A stretch of 43,615 bases of DNA. Origin: Octopus bimaculoides (lineage: Eukaryota). The DNA lies in NCBI RefSeq assembly GCF_001194135.2, contig NC_068983.1, positions 18,605,708 through 18,649,322 on the forward strand, written 5' to 3'. The notes under the pieces are model-generated. The model searched no databases. It was not told the DNA's origin and saw nothing but the letters and a program-made list of their open reading frames with translations. The translations under genes were made by a program, and so were the position numbers. Positions 1 through 12,290 of this stretch are shown here, in pieces; within the stretch, counting starts at the first letter, position 1; every line of letters begins with the position of its first letter.

Positions 1-574
1 CAGATATATATGAATTAAGTTGGCCAAGGTGGGTTTTCTTCATTATATATTAGACCTCAAGTGAAGCAGATATTTTCCTCACAGAAAGTTTAAATAACAA
101 ATTAGTTTCATCCATTGTAATTGCAAACACACGCAGATCTAATTAATTAGAAATATTGCTACTTGCATCAGCAGAAAATCTATTCGTCGGCAAAGACAGT
201 GAAGGAGATAGAAAGAGAGAAAAAGAGAGAAGTGATAAAGAGAGAAGGAGAGAAAGAGACAGAGAAGAAGAGTTAGAAAGACAGAAAGCTTGATGTTCAT
301 CAGGTCAAACCGCCTATAACATGTCACAGTAGTCTAAACGATAACTGTGTATATGCAAAATCTGACACCATACACTAAAACTCAAAAGGATTTATAAAGT
401 AAAATATTATCTAGCTTAATCCTTCATTCATTGTTCGTTGTAGGCATTAATGCTTATTGAAATTTCTGTTCCTGTTTACACACAATTTCCCAAGGACACT
501 CCAAGTGCATAAACGTTTGAGCGCATTACGTAAAGGTTAGCTACATTTGCTGAAATAATATTTCTTCCGTCACG

Positions 575-790
575 AGGCGGCGTGCTGGCAGAAACGTTAG
601 CACGCCGGGCGAAATGCTTAGTAGCATTTCGTCTGTCTTCTCTTTCTGAGTTCAAATTGCGCCAAGGTCGACTTTGCTTTTCATCCTTTCGGGGTCGATA
701 AATTAAGCACCAGTTGCTTACTGAAGTCGATCTTATCGACTGGTCCCCTCCTCCAAAATTTCGGGCCTTGTGCCTAGAATAGAAAAGAAT
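575..790 (+). mobile_element. SINE family A (AAGGCGGCGAGCTGGCAG head), near full length
   Basis: aggcggcgtgctggcagaaacgttagcacgccgggcgaaatgcttag...gttcaaatt (B-box-like)...gggccttgtgcctagaatagaaaagaat; homologous to about 10 other copies in the window. Confidence 0.85.
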
Positions 791-1478
791 ACTGTCTCCG
801 TCATCGCAAGTTATTATCAAAATGCACACACTTATAAACTCCTTTTCAGATTGTATTTTCCAACTGCTCACCATTCGGTAAATATGAGTCACGTCCACGG
901 CATAACACTAAATGGTTACAAGCCGAGATTTACACCAACAGGTTTAGGGATAAATAAATATTCTGCTTTGTAAGCTGACGCCAACCAAAGGGCTCTAGGA
1001 GAATTCAAACATCATCAAATTCTGGCGTATCAGAGTTCCAAATACTTTCAGGTCATCCATTTCCCAGGTAACCAAACATATAATATACTTTAAATCATTT
1101 GTTGTCGCTGGTTTGTCAAACTATTTCCATGATTTGGATTATTTTACTTTGAATCTATCTTTAAATACCACTGTCTCTGGCCCATGAAGATGTAGCACCT
1201 CAGTTTAGGGAAACTAATATTCTCAGTGTTCATGGAGATGTTCTTTGTTTAACATCCGTTCAAAATATAAGTAGGTGTCTGTATACTAGAACTGTTACGT
1301 TACCCAAATAAACCGGAGTAAAATTACGCAGAATACAATGGTAAATTCCTTTAGGACTTGAAGATACATTGCCATTTAGAACTGCAGTGATTTAATTATC
1401 AAATATGCTCTTACAGCTATGAAACTGTGAATCATGTGGTACGCAGTCTGTCTTCTCTCGCCACTCTCTCTCTCGCAC

Positions 1479-1514
<36 letters not shown>

Positions 1515-2124
1515 ACATATGTGTGAATGCACGTATATGCTTATAATCTGATTTTAAAAATATCCATTTGTACATAAATGAAAAAAAAACAAAAAACTAA
1601 ACCATTTTTTTATTCTCATACTTAAAATAAGACATAAATTCTAAGCTATGTTCTATGATCATAAGTAGAAGTACAAATGCAAGGCAACCTGCTGTAAACT
1701 GTTCAGCTTACCTATCATCATAATGACGTCTCTTGAAAATAATAGCTTCCTTTGAAATACTAATTAGACCCAAGCTAGATATTGGAGACAGAATACATCA
1801 AAACATGATTAATTATTTTGTTTTTATATTTAATCATTTAGTCCGACCTTATTACGCGGATGATTAGATATTTTGGAATTCATCAAAGACGTCATTAATG
1901 GAGAAAATTTAATTGAAATTTACATTAACTTAACATCTCCGCGTCCGCTGTTCCTATAATTAAAACATCTGTTCATCTGTGGTTTTCGGTATGTCAATCT
2001 ATGACTATTTATTCAGTCACATAGTTTTTTTCAATTTAATACAGTATTTAAATTAAATTCACCCTTTCTTTCACTCTTCCTCCCTCCTCCTCACTCTCTC
2101 TAATATGTATATGTGTATATATAT

Positions 2125-2128
<4 letters not shown>

Positions 2129-2168
<40 letters not shown>
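2129..2168. repeat. (GA)n microsatellite
   Basis: Direct reading. Confidence 0.95.
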
Positions 2169-2171
<3 letters not shown>

Positions 2172-2655
2172 AAACAAGAAAAACGACAAAAAAAACAACA
2201 CCGCGAGGACGTGATACAGATATTGTGTTACTGGACGCTCAGGAAAAGAAAGAAAGAGAATTTGACGTTTCTAGCGGAGCTCGTCGTCGGAAATATAGCA
2301 AAGTCCAAAGAAGGGAAGACGGAGGAAGAAAAAAAATCGCCAACGAGATACACGAGCTTACATTGTGATATATATATATCACAATGTATGATTGTGTATA
2401 GAGGAATATATTATTTTGTTTAAAAGAGTTCCAACACTGTCTGTTTTTTATGTTTTATTTATATTCCTGCAAAACCAATGTGGGATATAGAATATGGAAT
2501 ATACAATATATAATATAATATACAATATATAATATAAAATAAAAATGGATGGTACTATGAAATAAAGTATTGAATGTCGTATTGAATATATGGAATATGT
2601 CTTATTGAATAGATGAAATATTGAGTGTTCAATATAAAGGATTAAATATATAAAG
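2168..2655 (-). mobile_element. PLE 3' tail / pLTR-like fragment
   Basis: 2421-2655 is nearly identical to 35342-35558, which lies downstream of a GIY-YIG C-terminus; carries a hammerhead-like motif at 2261-2296. Confidence 0.65.
2261..2296 (-). ncRNA. Degenerate minimal type-I hammerhead ribozyme (CCGACGA core)
   Basis: Minus strand: AUAUUU-CCGACGA-C-GAGC-UCC-GCUA-GAA-ACGU-C-AAAU; GUC cleavage triplet, loopless palindromic helix III (ACGU), one mismatch in stem II. Confidence 0.45.
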
Positions 2656-2749
2656 GATGTTTAATCCTTTATATTGAACACTCAATATTTCATCTATTCA
2701 ATAAGGCATATTCCATATATTCAATAAGACATTCAATACTTTATTTCAT
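2557..2749. repeat. 90-bp inverted repeat (arms 2557-2646 and 2660-2749) running into an N gap
   Basis: Arms are reverse complements with 2 mismatches by my reading; 13-nt spacer. Confidence 0.9.
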
Positions 2750-2990
2750 NNNNNNNNNNNNNNNNNNNNNNNNNNNNNNNNNNNNNNNNNNNNNNNNNNN
2801 NNNNNNNNNNNNNNNNNNNNNNNNNNNNNNNNNNNNNNNNNNNNNNNNNNNNNNNNNNNNNNNNNNNNNNNNNNNNNNNNNNNNNNNNNNNNNNNNNNNN
2901 NNNNNNNNNNNNNNNNNNNNNNNNNNNNNNNNNNNNNNNNNNNNNNNNNNNNNNNNNNNNNNNNNNNNNNNNNNNNNNNNNNNNNNNNNN

Positions 2991-3025
<35 letters not shown>

Positions 3026-3304
3026 TGAGATGGACTCTCCCGTCAAAGACGGCGTATGGGCGTTCAGCGTTTTCCGAACGACCTGCACAAATGATTTGTT
3101 TCTAGTGATCATATGTTCGTGCTGCTGCACATTAGCTCTCTCTCCCCATCTAATCGATGTCGTCTGTGGATATATATGTGTGTGTGTGTGTGTATGTCTG
3201 TGTGTATGTGTGTGCGTGTGTACGTATGTTTATAGATGAAGAGAAAGCCAGAGTATATGTGTGTATATGAGCATGCACTTATGTATGTAGTGATATCAAC
3301 AGAA

Positions 3305-3510
3305 GCAAGAAGCCCATAGGGCCGTTTTCCGGGATTCACTAGCGTATATATTCCCTCCCTAGACGAGACACCGGTTGGTCGCCAAATGACTCGTTTTTTG
3401 CCAGATGAGTAGACTGGCACAGCGAGAAATAAGCTGTTTTGCTCCAGAATATAATTCATGACTTGGTTCAGAAAACGAAACAACGATCATACGAGCCACA
3501 GTACAACAGC
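3305..3510 (-). mobile_element. tRNA-derived SINE family C, diverged
   Basis: Reverse complement contains gagcaaaacagcttatttc, similar to gagtaaaacacttcatttc in the copy at 29328-29470. Confidence 0.5.
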
Positions 3511-3708
3511 CTAACAAATAAGTCAAATGTCTCCACTTGTACTGACGTCGATACATACTCGCGCCTGCGCGTGAAACAACTTGTTCATTTATATAAAACA
3601 GATGTTTTTTGGGGTTTTGCTTAGAAGAGAACGTTGTTTTTGTATTTTGAGGTGAAGTTCCATGACGATGGAGATGGATAGATACAAATAAATGTAGGTA
3701 GATAGCAT

Positions 3709-3768
<60 letters not shown>
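3709..3768. repeat. (GATA)n microsatellite
   Basis: Direct reading. Confidence 0.95.
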
Positions 3769-3769
<1 letters not shown>

Positions 3770-4328
3770 GAAGATAGATAGTCAGACAGATAGGTAGATG
3801 GAGAGAAGGGGTATCCCCCTTCCTATTCACCATTTATTTATTTAGTTCTTTACTATTGTATTGGAATAGGCTTNNNNNNNNNNNNNNNNNNNNNNNNNNN
3901 NNNNNNNNNNNNNNNNNNNNNNNNNNNNNNNNNNNNNNNNNNNNNNNNNNNNNNNNNNNNNNNNNNNNNNNNNNNNNNNNNNNNNNNNNNNNNNNNNNNN
4001 NNNNNNNNNNNNNNNNNNNNNNNNNNNNNNNNNNNNNNNNNNNNNNNNNNNNNNNNNNNNNNNNNNNNNNNNNNNNNNNNNNNNNNNNNNNNNNNNNNNN
4101 NNNNNNNNNNNNNNNNNNNNNNNNNNNNNNNNNNNNNNNNNNNNNNNNNNNNNNNNNNNNNNNNNNNNNNNNNNNNNNNNNNNNNNNNNNNNNNNNNNNN
4201 NNNNNTGTGTGTGTGAGTGTGTGTGTGTGTGTGTGAGTGAGTGTGTGTGCGTGTGCTTGTGTTTGTGTATGTGCTTGTGCTTGTGTGTGTGTGTGTGTGT
4301 GTATGTGTGTATGTGTGTGTGTGTGTGT

Positions 4329-4369
<41 letters not shown>

Positions 4370-5050
4370 GGAACATGTCCATGTTTATACTCTGTAACTT
4401 CGATCACGCTTCTTTGAATTTCATGATTTTGCACAAGAGAATATTAGTATAACACTTACAAAATGTACAATCTCCGCTTTTCTTTCAAACATTCAATTTT
4501 GGAGAGAATTTTTCGATGAAATGTAGTTCCATTGCTTTTCTGTATTGCGGATCGTCTCGTGCACATTTGTAAAAGGAAAAAAAATTGAACTTTTCGTCGC
4601 TGCATATTTCCCTATGCTTACTTAATGGAATCTTGCGTGATTCCTCTTTTCTGATATGTTGCCTGTAGATTCTTGCACGTCGGCAGAGGGAATTATTTGT
4701 TTTGCCAATGTAATTTTCTTTGCAGTTTGAGAAGGTAATGCAGTATATGAGGTTTTGCGTTTTGCAGTTCATATCTGCATTTATTTTGAAAAGTGATCCG
4801 CTTTTGAATTTTATGTGAGAACCACTTTCCAAGTATTTGAACCTGTTGATGTTGCACATCCCCTATCTCCACATTCTTTTACTAAGAATTCTGATTCAAT
4901 CTCTGATGTGAATTCTACCCGTGTTAGGTGATTTTTGAGATGATTTCGTTGGCGTCTGCTATTCCGTAAGGTGGTTTTTTTCAATCAAATTTTCATTTTG
5001 GGATTTTGAAGGCGTATGGTTAAGTTCGATTTTATGGCTGTGTTTGTTAA
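4370..5050 (-). mobile_element. Penelope-like element 3' part: GIY-YIG endonuclease (ORF 4485-4859) plus linker and tail
   Basis: NCKTQNLIYCITFSNCKENYIGKTNNSLCRRARIYRQHI...PLSKH...KAMELHFIEKFSPKLN matches the PLE GIY-YIG pattern (IY-x(10)-YIG, R, conserved H, E). Confidence 0.88.
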
Positions 5051-5069
5051 GAAACGGAATCGTGTTTTC

Positions 5070-5213
5070 ATACTCCTAAAACCTTTGTACCCTTTAATAC
5101 CCAGTTATGTACGGGATGGCATAGATTTCATCCAACACACCCCTCCCATTGTTGAAGAAGGTACTATACTCACAAGTTTTGGTGCCACCAATCCCTATAC
5201 TAATATACCACTT
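5070..5213 (+). mobile_element. Penelope-like RT fragment, inverted relative to the adjacent endonuclease
   Basis: ILLKPLYPLIPSYVRDGIDFIQHTPPIVEEGTILTSFGATNPYTNIP resembles PLE RT motif LKPL..I.SY.RD..DF...L...SFDVTSLYTNIP. Confidence 0.8.
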
Positions 5214-5460
5214 CAGGTTGGTTATCCCATCCCGCACAAGAGGTCCCTGAATAAGGGTTGTTTAAGGATGTTGAACAAAACACTCGTGTTTCCAAAACAT
5301 GGCTATGATCCCCCCCACCACTTCTGCTCGTGATCAAAAATGCACATATCGCCAGCTATTAAAGGTCATGATCAACTGGTTAAGGTCAAGCAAGTGACAA
5401 GCAAATCTGTGGTATTGAGTAGAATATTTGTTGTAGCCCTTCTTTTATACCAAAACAAAA
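5214..5460. mobile_element. Interspersed repeat, probably a LINE 3' tail or SINE
   Basis: Abrupt composition change after the RT fragment; recognised only from recall of cephalopod repeats (gcaaatctgtggtattgagtagaatatttg). Confidence 0.4.
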
Positions 5461-6269
5461 CATTGTACATATTAACTCTTCCAATATATATGTAAACGGT
5501 GAATTCGTAATCGAGTTTTACATCGAAACATTTATCCATTGAATTAATACGTTTTCCACAGACGAATGTATCTTTGAGATAATTCTCAATAATTAGAATT
5601 ATTTCTGACTCATTATTACAAGATAGGCTATTTGAATTGCAAATTGATTCCATCCTATAGCATTTTACTATTTCAGTCTACCCAGTTTCATTCTCAAGTT
5701 CTGTGTCACAGCGAACCTACGTCAATATCAATTACGCAGGAAGGTAAACAGCGATAAATGCTTACGTCATTAAACATAACTAAATATAGTTATATATGTA
5801 TATATGTGTGCTTGTTTGTGTGTTTGTGTGTTTGTGTGTGTGTGTGAAAGAGTGTGTTTATGTGCGTGTGTATGTGTATGTGTGTGTATGTGTGTGTGTG
5901 CGTGTTTAAGTGAGAAAGAGATTGGAAAAAGACTTCGAAAGTGATTAAATTAATTCAAATTATTTCAGGCACCATTTATATTGATCGTTCTATGACGTAA
6001 ATACGCACACAATGAAATACCTCTACCCGTTGTGCTACACGTAAATCGAAAGAAGGATTTCAAATGTATTAACGCAAAATTGAACCGGGTGGTATTTAAG
6101 GTTGCTAATATAAACGTTGACATTTTTGTTGGGAATCTATTGTTTATCCCAATTCATTGATATTATATTAATAATTTTAAATCGATATTTTGTTTTCATA
6201 ATACACAGATGGCATATCATCAAACACTGTGTGTATGCATGTATGCATACTTAGATGCGTGCATATATG

Positions 6270-6303
<34 letters not shown>

Positions 6304-6562
6304 NNNNNNNNNNNNGTGCTACACGTAAATCGAAAGAAGGATTTCAAATGTATTAACGCAAAATTGAACCGGGTGGTATTTAAGGTTGCTAATATAAACG
6401 TTGACATTTTTGTTGGGAATCTATTGTTTATCCCAATTCATTGATATTATATTAATAATTTTAAATCGATATTTTGTTTTCATAATACACAGATGGCATA
6501 TCATCAAACACTGTGTGTATGCATGTATGCATACTTAGATGCGTGCATATATGTATATATAT

Positions 6563-6790
6563 CGTGGCACTCCGTCGGTTACGACGACAAGGCTTCCAAT
6601 TGATCCGATCACCGGAACAGCCTGCTCGTGAAATTAATATGCAAGTGGCTGAACACTCCACAGACACGTGTACTCTTAACGTAGTTCTCAGTAGGATTCA
6701 GTGTGACACAGCGGGTGACAAGGCTGGTCCTTTGAAATACAGCTACAGCAGAAAGAAAGCTGTGGTGAAATAGTACACCAGGGTTCTCCA
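6563..6790 (+). mobile_element. Interspersed repeat (LINE-tail/SINE-like) between (TA)n and (CA)n
   Basis: GC-richer block cgtggcactccgtcggttacgacgac...gggttctccacc; recall-based. Confidence 0.45.
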
Positions 6791-6814
6791 CCACACACAC
6801 ACACACACACACAT

Positions 6815-6845
<31 letters not shown>

Positions 6846-8827
6846 AATATATAAGGTATATAAATAAAAGTTCGTCAAATGAAGTAATGCAATACGTGTG
6901 CACAATAAGGGCTCAATTTCGCTAAACACTGATACTCCGATTCGATTGCGATTAAAGCAAAATTGGTTTGTAGCTGTCTAGTAATGAATAGGCTTATGCG
7001 GTTCGTCATTGAGCGGGTAGATGTATATCAGCGATTGGACTATAAAATCATTATCACATATTTCCTTATATCATGGCATGAATTGCATGACATAGTATGA
7101 ATTGCATAACAGAGCCCAACACATGGAAGTAAAATATATTCCTTTTACGGAAGCAATTGTTATGTCAGTTTATCTTGTCCTTTAATCATTTAAATTTAGT
7201 ATATTTAAAACGAACTTCAATCTTGCTTGCTTGCAATGTTACACAGCCAAACTGGCGCATAATGGGGAAAATACTATGAATTAACCCCCCTGAAATGTGA
7301 ATGAAAACGGAATAAAACACGTTTTGCATAAATCGGACAACTGGCTCTTGAGATATTGGAGTTTTGGGGAGTATAATTACCCAAAATGGTACATAATGGG
7401 ACAATACTCCAAAAATAACGTGACCCTGAAAGGGAAGAGACTCTATCACATCGAGATCGTTCCATAGGACGCCACCTCATAAGGGTTTTGGTTGCGCATA
7501 TTATAGGGGTCACAGGGCGTTGTTCCATGTATTCCCGCAGTTTCCATCTAACTAGGAATATTAGTATCTCATCCACTGTCTTGTATTCAAGATCCTATGC
7601 ATGACGTCCTGCTAGTTCAAAACCAGGAATCTGATCTGTTAGATCCTGCCGATAACTAAATCCACGCCCTGCTGTTGACGCCTCGATTTATTGCCGTTAA
7701 GGTTTTTGTCTGTCTCCTAACCATCGAACTGTCTTTCCTGGTAAGACGTGCCTGAAGATTTCTCTTCCTCCAGCATAGCACTCCGGGTCAATGGCACACA
7801 CGCTTTACCGCGGCAAGGTACTTGTTGAACTGGCCATTGACTACACAGCAGTGCTTCCACCCGACGAGTCTTATTTTTCGTCCTGCAGGGTGTCCCACAA
7901 TCACCCTCTGCACCAAGCAAGCTTGATGGGGTTGCCAGTTTAGACACCGACGACCCGACCATGCGCTACTGGTAAGAAACTCTAACCATTCGGTTAGACA
8001 CATTATGGACAAAAACCTTAGTGATTTTAACTTGCAAACGAAAAAATACGTGTTGCTTTTACAGTAAACGTTTCTATTTTCGCTTTGTAAAACAATATTT
8101 TAATCATTTAGAAATATTTTTAAAGTAAATGTGATTTCAAAAATGTAAGTTGTTTGTACAATAACTATTTATATTTTAGCTTTCTTTAAACAGGCAATAT
8201 TTTAATTTTTTTTAAATTAATTTTCAAGTGCATACCATAAAAAATGTTTTCGGCATACTTAAGAAAGATATTTTAAGTGAAAATAACTTTAAAAATGCGG
8301 TAAATAATTCGTAAAAGACCCGATCGTAACCTCGATGTGAAATAATTTTTTCCATAGGTTTTTTCGAGTGCATTCAAGAAAGATTTGGCTGCTATTTCTA
8401 GCACGCCGTGGTAACACGTAACAGCTATTTGCGATAAGGGACCCGAAATACCCTTTACGCGGTAGCAAGGCATTCAAGAAATAGCAGCCAAGTCTTTCCA
8501 TTTCTGGGGAAAAGAGCAGTTTATGTGTGATTGAACGTATCCTCCCATTTAACTTCCCATTATTTTCTGAAACGATAACAAATGCGATATATTCAGGACT
8601 TTTCTCGTAAACATAAATAAGTATTTCATAGATAATTTAATTTTTACATCATTTCATGATACTATCTAATTATCCGATGCATATGGAGGTACATTTGAGT
8701 TTCTTTTCCACTATACATATCTATCTGTCTGTCTGTCTGTCTGTCAGTCAGTCTATATATCTGTCTGCCTGTCTGTCTGTCTACCAACATATATTTCCAC
8801 CTGTTTAGCCACAGCATCTATGGGTGC

Positions 8828-8868
<41 letters not shown>

Positions 8869-9758
8869 TCTACATATATATGTAAATATGTAAGCATATA
8901 TGAATGTACATATATGTCTGTATGTGTGAGTGTTTGTGTATGCATGTGTAGATGTGTGTGAAGATACACGAAAAAGATCATATATATATATATATATANN
9001 NNNNNNNNNNNNNNNNNNNNNNNNNNNNNNNNNNNNNNNNNNNNNNNNNNNNNNNNNNNNNNNNNNNNNNNNNNNNNNNNNNNNNNNNNNNNNNNNNNNN
9101 NNNNNNNNNNNNNNNNNNNNNNNNNNNNNNNNNNNNNNNNNNNNNNNNNNNNNNNNNNNNNNNNNNNNNNNNNNNNNNNNNNNNNNNNNNNNNNNNNNNN
9201 NNNNNNNNNNNNNNNNNNNNNNNNNNNNNNNNNNNNNNNNNNNNNNNNNNNNNNNNNNNNNNNNNNNNNNNNNNNNNNNNNNNNNNNNNNNNNNNNNNNN
9301 NNNNNNNNNNNNNNNNNNNNNNNNNNNNNNNNNNNNNNNNNNNNNNNNNNNNNNNNNNNNNNNNNNNNNNNNNNNNNNNNNNNNNNNNNNNNNNNNNNNN
9401 NNNNNNNNNNNNNNNNNNNNNNNNNNNNNNNNNNNNNNNNNNNNNNNNNNNNNNNNNNNNNNNNNNNNNNNNNNNNNNNNNNNNNNNNNNNNNNNNNNNN
9501 NNNNNNNNNNNNNNNNNNNNNNNNNNNNNNNNNNNNNNNNNNNNNNNNNNNNNNNNNNNNNNNNNNNNNNNNNNNNNNNNNNNNNNNNNNNNNNNNNNNN
9601 NNNNNNNNNNNNNNNNNNNNNNNNNNNNNNNNNNNNNNNNNNNNNNNNNNNNNNNNNNNNNNNNNNNNNNNNNNNNNNNNNNNNNNNNNNNNNNNNNNNN
9701 NNNNNNNNNNNNNNNNNNNNNNNNNNNNNNNNNNNNNNNNNNNNNNNNNNNNNNNNNN

Positions 9759-9793
<35 letters not shown>

Positions 9794-9829
9794 ATATATG
9801 TATACACACACACGCATATATGCATATAT

Positions 9830-10050
9830 ACCCTCACCATCCTCGTCTTGTTGGGACGTTGAACTTTGCACATATTTTCTCTCTTTGTTTTTTTCATTCT
9901 CTCCCCATTTTTTCCTCTCAGTCCTTTCTGTCGCGGTGCGTATAGTCGAAACGTAAAAGACTTTTACATTTTTCCCGAGCGTTAAATTAATACACTTGCT
10001 TGTCTTTCCTACACCTGTCTTCGTCTTTTGTTTTCTGCAAATTTGAACTA
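9830..10050 (+). mobile_element. pLTR-like repeat with a decayed hammerhead at 9924-9959
   Basis: CUUU-CUGUCGC-GGUGCGUAUAGUC-GAA-ACGU-A-AAAG: stem I and helix III intact, core and stem II decayed. Confidence 0.45.
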
Positions 10051-10273
10051 TATATATACAGTTTTCACCTAACAGCAATTCACTTAACAATTGAGAATAT
10101 TATAAGACATTTTTTTCAAATGGTTATGCAATAAGCTCGAACTCAGAGTCATGTGGTTGTAAAGCGAATGTTTTAAACATTCAAATATGCTGTCAGAAAT
10201 CGTTTTTTTTGTTGTGTGTGTGTAGCCAATTTAGGAGGAAATATCGGCCATATCGTCAACTAGCGGATAATCG

Positions 10274-10497
10274 TTTCTTACATAGGCAGAAAGCGTGAAA
10301 TTTTGAGCGCGGTTAATATCGATTACATTGACCCAGTAGCTCAATATTGACTGGTATTTTTTTTTTGCCGACCTCAATAAGATGAGGCACAGTCGACCTC
10401 GGTGGTGGTGGCATATGATCCCAGAAAGTAAAATCGAAGGAAATTCCGCTACGCATTTGTGTCCGATTTTCTACAATTCTGCGAACTCATCGCCATA
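10274..10497 (-). mobile_element. SINE family A, diverged
   Basis: Reverse complement aligns by eye with 575-790. Confidence 0.65.
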
Positions 10498-10645
10498 ATA
10501 AATGGCAGATGATAACAACAGACTATTACCATGAAGCATATAAACAGGTAGCGATACACTAATTTCATATTAATAAGCATGTGGGAACATTAATTGCAAT
10601 AACAATAAGCATCTTTTAGAACATACATGACATATTTACTATATA

Positions 10646-10685
<40 letters not shown>

Positions 10686-11251
10686 TCATTATATTGTGTT
10701 TGTGTGTATACATGTGTATGGCTAGCCTTCAGTTTACGAGTTACTTTCTGAAAAGCAGAATTTCCTTTGGCGTTAACATGAAACTTAAAAATAGTCCTTA
10801 CATTTATCCTAACAAAAGCTCTCACAATATGACCAAGAACATATTATACTTAGAATGATGAGGAAATGACACGTAATGTCTAAATGAATAAAGAAAAAAA
10901 AACTAATCGATTCTGTCAATTCAAAATTCAAGGAAGAATATTCGGGTGCAACATATCCAGAAACCATAAGATAACTTCACCTCAAGCATTTAAGGTCTTT
11001 GCTCTAAATGCAGCATATCGGAGATTTTCCTTCACTGTTCGCAAATTTGGGTTGCTTTTGCTGCTACTCTCCTTTAGGATTTTGCTGCACAGCGTCTTAT
11101 CTTTCCCTGAAGAAAACATCCTTTCTCTCTCACCTCTTGTTGGATTTCAATTGTTATAGGCACATCTGTAACTTTTCCCTCTTCTAGGCAGGGATTTTGG
11201 CCCTACTCAAACCCATTTTTTTAATCTCTGGGGTGATACGACTAATATTAG

Positions 11252-11460
11252 TCCGGCAGAATCGTTAGCACGCAGGACAAAATGCTTAGCGGTATTTCGT
11301 CCGTCTTTACGTTCTTGTTTCAAATGTCGCCGGGATCGACTTTGCCTTTTATTCGTTTGGAGTCAACAAAATATGTACTAGTCAAGCAATGGAGTCCATT
11401 TAATCGACTTAGCCTCGCCCTAAAATTACTGGCACTTTGGCAAAATTTGAAACTTGTAAT
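11252..11460 (+). mobile_element. SINE family A
   Basis: ggcagaatcgttagcacgcaggacaaaatgcttagcggtatttcgtcc... Confidence 0.8.
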
Positions 11461-12227
11461 AACTCTGGCCTCTATACTTTGACTTGTTCAGCTTGGCGGC
11501 CCTAGCAGGAGCTTGTGCTCGCTGCTATAGTTCACGGCGTTATTGAAGAACACAAGCTACCACATTGGAGAAAGGTTTGGATCAGGTAGTGGACTTAGGA
11601 TAACATTTGATCAAAAGAAAATGCTATTGGTTAAGGTCCCCAGAGACCGTGAAAATGGTAAAGAGGACATGGAAAGGATATGTTATGGATTAATGAATTT
11701 GATATTCATCTCCTGAAGTACGTTAGAAATGTACACAGAGAGCAAAATCAATGAAAAAATTGGAGCTCGAACATACGAAGCCGGAAGTAACGGGAGAAAA
11801 AGTCGGGGGGAAAACGTTATAAAGCAATGTAAAACAATGGTTGATTAAATACCAGATCCAGTATGAATATGAAATATTTAATAAATAATATGTGCATTTA
11901 ATTATTAAACATAACATATTTGAAATTTCTAATGAAATCATGTTCTTTCAATATGATTAAAAAATACTCCAAAATATCAATTTTCAGCTCAAAGACTATT
12001 TTAATTTCCTGTCATGGATAATTAATTTGTGTATAAATATACACACTCTGCATTCAGATAATAGAATTGTTCTAAAAATTCATTAAAACTATGTTATTAT
12101 ACAAACGGTTACGATTGTTCATTAACCTTTAAAATATATATTCTCCAATACAGAGATATATATATTTAATCGTGTGACATATCACCGTATTGTTTATGAG
12201 AAATTAAAAATAATCATTCATTTATTC

Positions 12228-12258
<31 letters not shown>

Positions 12259-12290
12259 TTTCATTCACTTAGTTTTACATGCTTACACGT

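Noticed and set aside
975-1069. Plus-strand exon candidate DANQRALGEFKHHQILAYQSSKYFQVIHFP
   Set aside because: Plausible splice sites, but it gives an alternative, incompatible reading of the exon chain; cannot be decided without RNA data
1712-1749. Minus-strand exon candidate EAIIFKRRHYDDR
   Set aside because: Good donor but no compatible partner exon or recognisable homology
4385-4425. Hammerhead relic after the first GIY-YIG ORF
   Set aside because: Core and stems too degenerate to support
6032-6562. Identical ~245-bp tandem duplication (6032-6290 and 6316-6562)
   Set aside because: The copies are identical and separated by a 12-N gap at a (TA)n tract; most likely unmerged contig overlap or alleles
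7186-8012. Cluster of short ORFs as a transposase or gag gene
   Set aside because: No DDE, gag or RT motif recognised in any frame I translated
8805-10090. Long ORFs of 310-370 aa, and similar ones at 2741, 3834, 19626, 24445, 33079, 34984 and 40156
   Set aside because: Open only because they run through N gaps and dinucleotide repeats
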